From a virus, in the UHGV virus genome UHGV-0121943: a DNA stretch of 39,771 bases, one strand, 5' to 3'. Of this stretch, positions 27,615-35,290 are shown one piece after another. The notes beneath the pieces are model-generated. The model ran no database searches. It was not told where the DNA came from and was given only the letters and a program-made list of their open reading frames with translations. The first letter of the stretch is position 1, and each line of letters starts with the position of its first letter. A program made the position numbers and the translations under genes.

Positions 27615-28990
27615 TGGATAGCTCCTTTCCCGTAGGTTTTCGCATAGCTTTTCGGTGCTTGTTGCGGTTTTTCGTTTAATTCTTGATAGGCTTTCGCTTG
27701 GTCGCAGTCTAGGAAATGCCCTTTCTCAAATTTCATATAGGCGGTGCCTAGCTCGCCAAAGCGGTTTTTCGTGATGATTGCCTCTGAATACGGATTGTCT
27801 GTATTGGATTTGTAAGCGCCCTCACGGTAAAGCATAATGATTTGGCTTGCATCTTGTTCGATTGAGCCTGAATCTCTCAAGTCAGAGTTTGCTGGACGTT
27901 TCACTGCTCGACTATCTACTTCACGATTAAGTTGGCAAAGTAAAATAATCGGGATATTGAAATTCTTGCTAAACGTTTTGAGCTTGCTCATTGAGTTGGC
28001 GATAGCTTGGGTTAGGTTGATGTTATTTGCTTGCTTGTGATCCATTAAGCCTAAATAATCAATCACGATTGCGGATAGACTGCCTACTTCGCTCAAGTGT
28101 CTTTCTGTAATCGCACAGATTTCATCTGCTGATAAACCGCCACGGTCAACGAAATAGATTTTTTGCTCACGAATATCGGTGATTGCGTTAGTTAATCGGT
28201 TGTAGTCTAAATCGTCTAAATCTTGAGGATTACGGAGTTTTTTCACACCAACACCACCAGTCGCGCTTAACAAGCGATCGATTAGTTGGAAATTCCCCAT
28301 CTCAAGGCTGAAAAATAATACGGAGCCGTTATTTTTAGCGATGTTTCGTGTGAGTGTTAGGCTGAATTCTGTTTTCCCTGTGCCAGGACGACCAGCAACC
28401 ACTACGATGTCGGTAGAATTAATTCCGCCCAGAATGTTATCTACTGCCTCAATGCCTGTGTAAAGTAAACGCTCTTTAAAATCGCTTTGTGAGCGTTTTT
28501 CTAATACGTCAATGTAAGAATCCATCAACTCACCCATTGCCACAGGTTTGATTTCTGTTTTGCTGACAAGGAGCTTTTGAATTTGATTTAACGCTTTTTG
28601 GGTTAATTCATTCACTTGGCTTTCGTTGCGTGCTTGTGACATTTCGCCAGCAAGTTTAAGCATAGTTTGTTGAGCTGAACGGTTTACCCAAGAAGAGTGG
28701 ATTTTTTTCGCATAACCTAAAAGGTTTCCACCGTAAGTCGCTTTATTTGCCATTTCTGCTAACGTTGCTAGGTTTTCGCCATAGTCTTGTGATAGCAGCA
28801 AGAAGTCGATTAAATCGTGTTTACGGGCTTGTTTGCGAATATTTGCGTATAAAGCACCTAGATTGTATGTTGCGAACATTTCAGGCTCTAACCAGCTAAT
28901 CACTTCGCGGGCTTGAGCAGTTAATCCAGTTGCTAGCATTGAGCTGATTAGTCCGTATTCTAGGTTGTAGTTATTATCTTGCGTTACCAT
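27611..28990 (-). CDS. dnaB: Replicative DNA helicase, DnaB family
   Basis: AGRPGTGKT, FSLEM, IDYLGL, QLNR, LRDSGSIEQDA, KNRFG. Confidence 0.95.
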   Translation of the reverse strand: MVTQDNNYNLEYGLISSMLATGLTAQAREVISWLEPEMFATYNLGALYANIRKQARKHDLIDFLLLSQDYGENLATLAEMANKATYGGNLLGYAKKIHSSWVNRSAQQTMLKLAGEMSQARNESQVNELTQKALNQIQKLLVSKTEIKPVAMGELMDSYIDVLEKRSQSDFKERLLYTGIEAVDNILGGINSTDIVVVAGRPGTGKTEFSLTLTRNIAKNNGSVLFFSLEMGNFQLIDRLLSATGGVGVKKLRNPQDLDDLDYNRLTNAITDIREQKIYFVDRGGLSADEICAITERHLSEVGSLSAIVIDYLGLMDHKQANNINLTQAIANSMSKLKTFSKNFNIPIILLCQLNREVDSRAVKRPANSDLRDSGSIEQDASQIIMLYREGAYKSNTDNPYSEAIITKNRFGELGTAYMKFEKGHFLDCDQAKAYQELNEKPQQAPKSYAKTYGKGAIQ

Positions 28991-29829
28991 TACCAATTCC
29001 CCTCTAAAACTTTATCCAGTGTTGTTTCTCTCAAGATATATTCAAAATCTGCTTTCCAGCCCCGATTGTTTTCGCCAAAGTAGAAATTCGTGGCGGACTT
29101 TAAGAAGTCTTTGAAATACTCACCAAGCGCGGACTCTACATCGGTGTCAATCTCAAATCGTTTAATAAACACTTGAGCCAGTTTCTTAATCGCTTTCTTG
29201 CGTTTATCACTTAACTGTGATGGATTTGCGATTAGTGGTAGATTTGAACTTAATTCTTTCACCAAGTCGTTGTATGTCTCTGCTACTGCTGAATAATTAA
29301 CCTTGATTGAATTTTGTTTTTTGTCAGTGTGCGGCTTGTCCGCACCCCCGACTTCCGAATGTTCTGCGTTAGCAGATTCCACGTTAAGGGGTAAGGGGTT
29401 ATTTGTATGTAATCTAGTGTAGTAATCTAGTGTATTAACGAATGTCACTTTGTCGCACTCCCGAATGTCACTTTCGGACATTGGGGAATGTTCGTTTTGT
29501 ACATTCGCCAATGTTGCTAATAATTCGTCTAATTTGTCACAGTCAATCTTGTAATAAAGACGATGTTCTAAACGTTTATAAGTCTCGATTAAAACACCTT
29601 TTTCACGGAGCAATTTGCGAGCTGTTTCTTGTTCTTTTCTTGATAAACCAGTCTCAACTTCTAATTCTTCTTGAGTTTTGTAAACACCAAGATTTGAATC
29701 TGTTTTATCTTGCCAGTAGAAGATTTGCTCAAAGAATACTTCAGCAATAACACCACCAAATAAACGTGCTAAATTTGGGCGGTATGCAATCACTCTACCT
29801 GTATTTTTTAGCATTTCTGACGGTTTCAT
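28990..29829 (-). CDS. Replication initiator protein (lambda O analogue)
   Basis: N-terminal wHTH (YKTQEELEVETGLSRKEQ), internal iterons, C-terminal RGWKADFEYIL; directly upstream of the helicase. Confidence 0.85.
   Translation of the reverse strand: MKPSEMLKNTGRVIAYRPNLARLFGGVIAEVFFEQIFYWQDKTDSNLGVYKTQEELEVETGLSRKEQETARKLLREKGVLIETYKRLEHRLYYKIDCDKLDELLATLANVQNEHSPMSESDIRECDKVTFVNTLDYYTRLHTNNPLPLNVESANAEHSEVGGADKPHTDKKQNSIKVNYSAVAETYNDLVKELSSNLPLIANPSQLSDKRKKAIKKLAQVFIKRFEIDTDVESALGEYFKDFLKSATNFYFGENNRGWKADFEYILRETTLDKVLEGNW
29409..29514. repeat. Replication origin: iterons plus a 13-bp tandem repeat
   Basis: GAATGT-N9-(GCACTC/ACATTG/ACATTC) at 29440, 29463 and 29486 (23-bp period); GTAATCTAGTGTA x2 at 29409-29434. 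Confidence 0.75.
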
Positions 29830-29984
29830 ATTTCTAATTCCTCAATCGCTTGATCTGTTACTCTGTCGTATTCTTCTTGGCTTGCGTTTCGCTCTCTTAG
29901 CTCTCTTTTAACTGCCTCGTATGCTAGGATTTTTTCTCTATCGTCTAATCTAGCTACAAATTCGGGTGAGAATAATCTTTCCAT
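29826..29984 (-). CDS. Hypothetical protein
   Basis: MERLFSPEF start; coupled to the initiator gene by an ATGA overlap. Confidence 0.7.
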   Translation of the reverse strand: MERLFSPEFVARLDDREKILAYEAVKRELRERNASQEEYDRVTDQAIEELEI

Positions 29985-29985
29985 A

Positions 29986-30234
29986 TCAAGCCACCAATCT
30001 GTATTCAGCAACGCATTTACCACTAGGTACTACAATCATTCGTCTTTCAATTTTGTGACCCTGTTGTTTGAGGTCATAAATTCTTGCTCCAAGACGTAAG
30101 CAGTTAAAACGTTTTTCCGCATCCAAATGAGTTAAGCGGTCGCCTTGTTGTAAGGCTTTAAGGATTAATGCTTTTTGAGTTTTGCTAGAACTTTCATTTG
30201 CATTTTCATTAAATTTCGGTGATAATTTAGTCAT
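29986..30234 (-). CDS. Winged helix-turn-helix protein in the cII position
   Basis: QKALILKALQQGDRLTHLDA...CLRLGARIYDLKQQG; RBS GGAGG. Confidence 0.8.
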   Translation of the reverse strand: MTKLSPKFNENANESSSKTQKALILKALQQGDRLTHLDAEKRFNCLRLGARIYDLKQQGHKIERRMIVVPSGKCVAEYRLVA

Positions 30235-30312
30235 CTTTTGAAGTCCTCCGACTGATAAAGGTTATTACATACGACTTAATCAAAGCCTCTGTTCCAGCAG
30301 GGGCTTTTTTTT
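30233..30312 (+). ncRNA. Putative cis-antisense RNA covering the RBS of 29986-30234
   Basis: Promoter TTGCAT (30198-30203), 17 bp, GATAAT (30221-30226); plus-strand terminator AAAGCCTCTG-TTCCAG-CAGGGGCTTTTTTTT. Confidence 0.55.
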
Positions 30313-30313
30313 G

Positions 30314-30517
30314 TCACTTAGCTGAATTTCTTAATACAGCCCAATTCACATCAGGGCGTAACTCTTCACAAGTCACTTCCCCGTTTGAAATTCTTTCAAT
30401 GTCAGGGCATCGCTCCGCTGGCACTTTAGTTTTAAACCACTGCTGAACTGCTTGTGGTCGAATGCCAAGCTGACGAGCAATCTCTGATTGGTTTAATCCT
30501 TTTAATTTTGTAATCAC
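30314..30517 (-). CDS. cro: Cro-like repressor (YdaS/Cro family)
   Basis: QSEIARQLGIRPQAVQQW HTH, LRPDVNW; GTG start with RBS AAGGA; divergent from cI. Confidence 0.88.
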   Translation of the reverse strand: MITKLKGLNQSEIARQLGIRPQAVQQWFKTKVPAERCPDIERISNGEVTCEELRPDVNWAVLRNSAK

Positions 30518-30558
30518 GTCTTTTCCTTTTAAAGTGTCGCTTGTTTCAACTTGCAATT

Positions 30559-30627
30559 ATTGTACAAGTAATAATTTAAAAATACAAGTAATTCTTTCAT
30601 TGAAATTACAAGTAAACCTTGTAAAAT
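30559..30627. promoter_or_regulatory. OR region: operators, pR and pRM
   Basis: TACAAG-N5-CTTGTA at 30607-30623, degenerate copies at 30563 and 30583; pR (-) TTGTAT-17-TACAAT; pRM (+) TTGAAA-16-TAAAAT. Confidence 0.7.
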
Positions 30628-30652
30628 AGCAAAAATTTAAGGAGGTGCCATT

Positions 30653-31351
30653 ATGAGCATTAAAAAACGACTTGAACAAATGATTGCTGAGAAAGGTTGG
30701 AATCAAACGGATTTGGCTTTTAAGTTAGGCATTACACCTCAAGCGGTGCAACAATGGCTAAGAAATGAAAAACCTACTGCGCCATCTCAAGCAAGATTGC
30801 GGAAAATATCAGAGATTAGTGGATACCCTATCCATTGGTTTTCAATGAGTGATGAGGAAATTAAGAAAGATGAATTTTTAATTTCTAATATGAGCGGAAA
30901 ATCGGACTTAATCCACTCGTATCAAATAGATCTACTGGACGTTAATGCTAAAGCTGGAATTGGCGGCTGTATAAACAATGAATATCCAGATATCATTCAA
31001 TCAATTTACTTTTCAAAGGATGGACTATTGGAAATTGTTGGAAGAAAAACTAATAACGGATTGTATATGATAACTGTACCAACGGACAGTATGAGTCCTA
31101 CCATTGATAAAGGCGATGTGGTATTTATTGACACTAACGTTACTTCTTATAGTGGTGAGGGGATTTATATTTTCGCTGTTGATAACGAGGTTTACATCAA
31201 GAGATTGCAGCGTGTTCCCGGTGGTATTTATAAAGCTCTTTCAGATAACAAATCTTACGATCCATTTGAGATGACAAGCGATTTATTTGAAACAGTCACA
31301 ATCATAGGCAAATTTGTTAGATCCTTACCTATACACCCAAAAGACCTATAA
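30653..31351 (+). CDS. cI: CI-like repressor (HTH + S24 autopeptidase)
   Basis: QTDLAFKLGITPQAVQQW; AG cleavage site (AKAG), DSMSPTI (Ser), IKRL (Lys). Confidence 0.95.
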   Translation: MSIKKRLEQMIAEKGWNQTDLAFKLGITPQAVQQWLRNEKPTAPSQARLRKISEISGYPIHWFSMSDEEIKKDEFLISNMSGKSDLIHSYQIDLLDVNAKAGIGGCINNEYPDIIQSIYFSKDGLLEIVGRKTNNGLYMITVPTDSMSPTIDKGDVVFIDTNVTSYSGEGIYIFAVDNEVYIKRLQRVPGGIYKALSDNKSYDPFEMTSDLFETVTIIGKFVRSLPIHPKDL

Positions 31352-31396
31352 AGAAAGCTTAACTTCTTAATAAGAAATGATTGCTTAAATCGAAAG

Positions 31397-31436
31397 AAAA
31401 AGCCCCTTAAATCGAAAGATTAAGGGGTTTATTTTA
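31397..31436. terminator. Bidirectional terminator between cI and the exonuclease moron
   Basis: CCCCTTAAATC-GAAA-GATTAAGGGG flanked by A- and T-rich runs. Confidence 0.75.
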
Positions 31437-31443
31437 TACTTGA

Positions 31444-32304
31444 TTAAGTTATCAGATTAATGAAATCATCTTCGGAAATAATCTGCATTTTATGACCTTG
31501 AGAAATTAATTCTCGAGCCTTGATTTCCTTATGGCTTAGCTCTTTTCCGTTTAGCTTTCCTATATCCTGTATCCCTTTAACAAGTAATGTAACTTTTTTG
31601 GATACACTACTAGAAACATCACAACCAACTTCGGCAGCTTTATCTGCGGCTAGCTTTCTTGGTATTGATAACTCACCTGTAAACGCAACAACTTCACCAT
31701 ATAAAGCACCGTCTGGGTTTCCCTTTCTTGTGATTCTGTTTAATGGTTTTCCGTTTTCATCTACTTCAATCACCATTGGCTTTTTAACTCTATCGAGCCA
31801 ATAGTCTAAATCAGATGAGCTATCTTCGATAGCCTTATGAAGAACTTTGCCTGCAGTGATCGCATCATCTAACGCTTGGTGATGATTTAATTGCTCTATC
31901 TTCAAGTGTTTGGCGACCTTGCTTAACCCATATCCTTTAATTGAGAATTTATTATCCCAACTTCTACGGACTACCCTCATAATGTCTAACCATTTATTTT
32001 GTAAATCAGGGAAAATTCTAGTTAAAGATACTCTATCAAAAGCACCATAAGAGCAAACAACATTATCAGCAAAATAGCCTTTAATTTTTGACTCAACTTG
32101 TTTAATGGTTGGCGAGTTTCGCACCATACTAGGCGTTATTCCGTGTATGTAAACATTCATCTCGTCAAAGTAAGCATTTGGATTTATTAGAGATTCCCAT
32201 TGTTCAATCAACTCACCATTTTCAAAAATAGCAATTCCAATTTGGCAAATAGATGTCAAATCAGGGTTCGCTGTTTCAATATCAACTACAACAAATTTAG
32301 TCAT
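31444..32304 (-). CDS. DEDDh 3'-5' exonuclease (DnaQ-like) fused to a C-terminal BRCT domain
   Basis: VDIET (ExoI), AFD (ExoII), HHQALDDA (ExoIII); VAFTGEL...SVSKKVTLLVKG...IISEDDF (BRCT). Confidence 0.9.
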   Translation of the reverse strand: MTKFVVVDIETANPDLTSICQIGIAIFENGELIEQWESLINPNAYFDEMNVYIHGITPSMVRNSPTIKQVESKIKGYFADNVVCSYGAFDRVSLTRIFPDLQNKWLDIMRVVRRSWDNKFSIKGYGLSKVAKHLKIEQLNHHQALDDAITAGKVLHKAIEDSSSDLDYWLDRVKKPMVIEVDENGKPLNRITRKGNPDGALYGEVVAFTGELSIPRKLAADKAAEVGCDVSSSVSKKVTLLVKGIQDIGKLNGKELSHKEIKARELISQGHKMQIISEDDFINLIT

Positions 32305-32339
32305 TTCACTTCCTTTCTAATTAATGATTTTTAGTCGAT

Positions 32340-32381
32340 ATTTTACAAATTCACCCATCTTTATCAGTGATCAAAGTCACA
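32340..32381 (-). promoter_or_regulatory. Putative CRP-dependent promoter of the exonuclease-BRCT gene
   Basis: AGTGA-TCAAAG-TCACA (32366-32381), centred near -40.5 from a -10 TAAAAT (32345-32340). Confidence 0.5.
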
Positions 32382-32470
32382 AAACAACGCAAACATCGCT
32401 CAAAAAATAAGCAATCGAACTTATACGCAAAAAATTATAATCGTTTAATTTCAAGTAATTACAAGTAAAA

Positions 32471-32535
32471 GGCAAGTTTTGCTTGAAAATAATTTAAAGA
32501 AATACTTGCAATGATTAAAGTATTTCTTGTATTAT
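32471..32535 (+). promoter_or_regulatory. OL operators and pL
   Basis: (C/A)AAG-N5-CTTG boxes at 32471, 32494 and 32515 resemble OR; TTGCAA (32506) ... TATTAT (32530). Confidence 0.7.
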
Positions 32536-32570
32536 GTACCCATCAAAACGAGATACACAGGGTGAACAAA

Positions 32571-32804
32571 ATGATTGAGATTTTAAACTTTAAAAAAGGA
32601 ATTAGCGATAAAGCTCCAAATGGTTGTGATTTTGTAGTTGATGAGTTTGTTACTTACACAAATAAAAACGGAATTAAATTTGGGCCATACAAAATCATCG
32701 GGTTCGCTAAAGATGTTAAAGACGTGAATTCAGAAAGATTTATCCACTTAAATAGCGAATGCTATTGGTTCCCTGTGAAACTAGAAGAGATTAAAAAAAT
32801 ATAA
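32571..32804 (+). CDS. Hypothetical protein, first gene after pL
   Basis: MIEILNF start downstream of pL; 77 aa. Confidence 0.65.
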   Translation: MIEILNFKKGISDKAPNGCDFVVDEFVTYTNKNGIKFGPYKIIGFAKDVKDVNSERFIHLNSECYWFPVKLEEIKKI

Positions 32805-32851
32805 AGTTTTTACTAAGCCCATTGTGGTGGGCTTGAATAAAAATTTTAATT

Positions 32852-32863
32852 CGTTCTTTAAAA
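32852..32863 (+). promoter_or_regulatory. boxA-like antitermination element
   Basis: CGTTCTTTAAAA compared with the boxA consensus CGCTCTTTAACA. Confidence 0.55.
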
Positions 32864-32878
32864 ATCAGATTACAAGAA

Positions 32879-33375
32879 GTTTACTCATAACGGCATTATG
32901 CGGTCGTGTAGATTAAAAGCCCTACCCTGCGTGATGAGAGTAAACGGAATACCCACTGAAAGATGAGACCAGTGAAAAACTGACAGTTACAGAAAGTTTA
33001 GTCGCAGTGGGGAAATATCTCAAAGCACATTTGAAGTACAGAGACACAGAGGCTTGTGAAACCTCTGCGAATGATAGAGAGAAGTGTGCTTTGAAATGGC
33101 TCTTTGTTGAGTTGGTTGTGGAAACCGACACCCTATACACAGATATAGAATTAGTTAATGCAACTTTGGAAAATGACGCAAGGGTTCAAATCCAAAAAGA
33201 GCCTCCATCTCAATCCGCTTTCAAATAGCGAATTAAAGCTCAATCTTCTTGAATAATTGATTGAACGAGAGCGGATTTAGCTGGAAACAGCATTAGTCAT
33301 AATTAAAAAAAATCTCCTTTAGTTTAGTTAGGCCCTCCGTTTGCTTTCACACTTTGGCATCGGAGGGATTTTTTT
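32879..33375 (+). ncRNA. Multi-hairpin structured RNA in the pL leader
   Basis: Back-to-back stems 32879-32945, 32952-33011, 33020-33094, 33098-33203, 33212-33277, 33280-33291, then a terminator at 33333-33375. Confidence 0.6.
33333..33375 (+). terminator. tL1-like terminator
   Basis: CCCTCCG...CGGAGGG-ATTTTTTT. Confidence 0.7.
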
Positions 33376-33407
33376 AACTAACATTTCTTAACTACGAGGT
33401 AAACACT

Positions 33408-33677
33408 ATGAACAAGTTAATCAATTTTCTTAAAACAACCGCTTATGTAATTGCAACTATCCTTTCAATTTGCCTAGTTGTTATGACAATGCTTACTGCA
33501 CTTGCAGCACAAGCAAGCGAACCAACAGCATTAGAGCGTGAACAAGCAAGAATTCAATGGATTGCCGAACGCGGGCAATATCAACAAGATTTGACAGAGC
33601 CAGCCAAACAAGAGGCTATGGCATACACAAACATCAAACAAAGGGAATTAGACGATGAGAGAAAAAAAGACTTATAG
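33408..33677 (+). CDS. Hypothetical protein with N-terminal TM/signal sequence
   Basis: RBS GAGGT; hydrophobic stretch ending AQA. Confidence 0.75.
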   Translation: MNKLINFLKTTAYVIATILSICLVVMTMLTALAAQASEPTALEREQARIQWIAERGQYQQDLTEPAKQEAMAYTNIKQRELDDERKKDL

Positions 33678-34221
33678 AGTTGATATAGAAGAAACGAATG
33701 GAGCATTTAAAGCCTCTTTCTTCGTTAATGGTCGCCTAATTCATAAAACGTACCCACAGCACTCAAAGCAAAACGCTGTGATGTTTATCAATCGACATAT
33801 TGAGCGTTACAACGCTATGCATGGAACACGCTTTCGCTTAATTGGTGATAACAAGCCAAAAGCTAAAGTTAAAGAGAAAGAAATAAAAATTCCAAAAGCT
33901 GTTAGTAAGAGAAAATTCGTCTCTCCATCAATGACTAAATCGCTAGATAGATTTGATAACTACATCAACTTAAGACAATCAAAACAAGATGATAAAGACT
34001 TCTTCATCTTCCTTGATTTAAAGCAAATGTTTGGTGTTCATCATGCAACCGCTATGACTGCTGTATATCGTGGCGAACTTCCTCAACCTAAAACACTAAT
34101 CATCAACGGTAGCCGAGTTAAAGGCTTTCAGTTTGATGATGTAAATAACTTTTTCGAAATTATAAGAGGTGTATCAAATGGAAAGCCTACAAGCACAATG
34201 GGAACGCAAAACGTTCAATGA
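33655..34221 (+). CDS. Putative DNA-binding protein
   Basis: Basic 188-aa ORF; the C-terminus resembles an AlpA/Xis wHTH (FGVHHATAMTAVYRGELPQP). Confidence 0.65.
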   Translation: MREKKTYRVDIEETNGAFKASFFVNGRLIHKTYPQHSKQNAVMFINRHIERYNAMHGTRFRLIGDNKPKAKVKEKEIKIPKAVSKRKFVSPSMTKSLDRFDNYINLRQSKQDDKDFFIFLDLKQMFGVHHATAMTAVYRGELPQPKTLIINGSRVKGFQFDDVNNFFEIIRGVSNGKPTSTMGTQNVQ

Positions 34222-34486
34222 TTGGGATAAGCAGTGCAGCAAAGAAGATGACTACAATCGGGCTGTAGAAATGGAGATAGAAGCTATTAAAGAAGATATC
34301 GCTAACGGTGATGATGATGTTATCTGTGCGTTTAGCGAAAAGATGCTTGACTATGACTTCTTGAAAGCAGTCATTCTTGGCACCGATTATGAAGAAATGC
34401 GAATTAAAATCTTGACTGCTATGGCAGAAGATAGATTAGAACAGCTAGAGGAAGATTATCGAAAAGGATATATCCTCAATGATTAA
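34178..34486 (+). CDS. Hypothetical acidic protein
   Basis: RBS GAGGTG before MESLQAQ. Confidence 0.75.
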   Translation: MESLQAQWERKTFNDWDKQCSKEDDYNRAVEMEIEAIKEDIANGDDDVICAFSEKMLDYDFLKAVILGTDYEEMRIKILTAMAEDRLEQLEEDYRKGYILND

Positions 34487-34628
34487 TCGCAAAGATAAAG
34501 ACCGCTTTGCTGCTAAAGAGCAAGAACAAAAGCTTAATGAATTCCAAGATTGGTTAATGAGTGGAATTATCGACCCACAAAGAGCAAAAGAAATCATTGA
34601 GCTTTATTACAAAGAAATGCCATTTTAG
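34479..34628 (+). CDS. 49-aa hypothetical protein (not in the ORF track)
   Basis: MINRKDKDRF...YYKEMPF; RBS AAGGA; fills the gap exactly. Confidence 0.65.
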   Translation: MINRKDKDRFAAKEQEQKLNEFQDWLMSGIIDPQRAKEIIELYYKEMPF

Positions 34629-35288
34629 GTGAACAAAATGAAAATCTATCTAGATATTGAAACAATTCCAACACAAAGCAAAGAGCATCAAGAATTTGTT
34701 TGCGAAAACCTTAAACCGCCTGCTAATTACAAGAATGAAGAAACGATTAATAAGTGGCTCGAAGAAAACAAAGAGCTTGCAGTTAATAAGACTTCTCTGG
34801 ACGGTGCCTTTGGTGAAGTTGTGGTGATTAGTGCAGCCATTAACGATGATGAAGTGGTTACGTTCTATCGCAAAGATTGGCAAGTCAAAGACCGAGAGAA
34901 AGACATTCTTACACGGTTTAATAACTGGCTAAAAGAACAAGCGAACCGATGTAAAACCGTTCCAGTATTTATCGGACACAATGTAACGAGTTTTGATGGA
35001 TTGTTTTTATGGCAGCGCTACATTATCAATGGCGTGAAACCATACTACAAGATGGATAAGCGAAACACTTACGACACGATGTGGGAATGGTGTGGATATA
35101 ACCGAGAATCGAAACCTAGTCTTAATAAGCTATGCCAAGTGCTTAATATTGAGCAAAAAGGCGATATTGACGGTTCTAAGGTGTGGCAAGCGGTACAAGA
35201 TGGCCGCATTGATGAAGTCGCTGAATATTGTGCTAAAGATGTTGAGCGAGTGAGAGCGATTTACAAACGAATGAATTTTGAGGTGTAG
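34629..35288 (+). CDS. RNase H-like / PolB-type 3'-5' exonuclease
   Basis: LDIET, GHNVTSFD, YDTM, YCAKDV (DEDDy). Confidence 0.85.
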   Translation: MNKMKIYLDIETIPTQSKEHQEFVCENLKPPANYKNEETINKWLEENKELAVNKTSLDGAFGEVVVISAAINDDEVVTFYRKDWQVKDREKDILTRFNNWLKEQANRCKTVPVFIGHNVTSFDGLFLWQRYIINGVKPYYKMDKRNTYDTMWEWCGYNRESKPSLNKLCQVLNIEQKGDIDGSKVWQAVQDGRIDEVAEYCAKDVERVRAIYKRMNFEV

Positions 35289-35290
35289 AA

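Noticed and set aside
29409..29514. CRISPR-like mini array
   Set aside because: Period is only 23 bp, the repeats are palindromic and lie inside the initiator ORF, and there are no cas genes; these are iterons.
3410..29750. Numerous plus-strand and alternate-frame ORFs inside structural and replication genes (e.g. 3573-3923, 11829-12260, 15996-16349, 29442-29750)
   Set aside because: Shadow ORFs of well-supported genes, with no RBS or recognisable motifs.
31384..31419. 14-bp direct repeat CTTAAATCGAAAGA as a separate regulatory element
   Set aside because: The second copy is part of the terminator hairpin; probably a local duplication, with no evidence of function.
32571..32804. N-type antiterminator (first gene after pL)
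   Set aside because: Lacks an Arg-rich RNA-binding motif; left as hypothetical.
33098..33207. Functional tRNA gene
   Set aside because: Too long, T-stem degenerate, and no D or anticodon arm; kept only as a tRNA-like finding.
32922..33228. ORFs 33007-33228 (+) and 32922-33140 (-)
   Set aside because: No convincing RBS or recognisable motif; both overlap dense inverted-repeat structure better explained as RNA.
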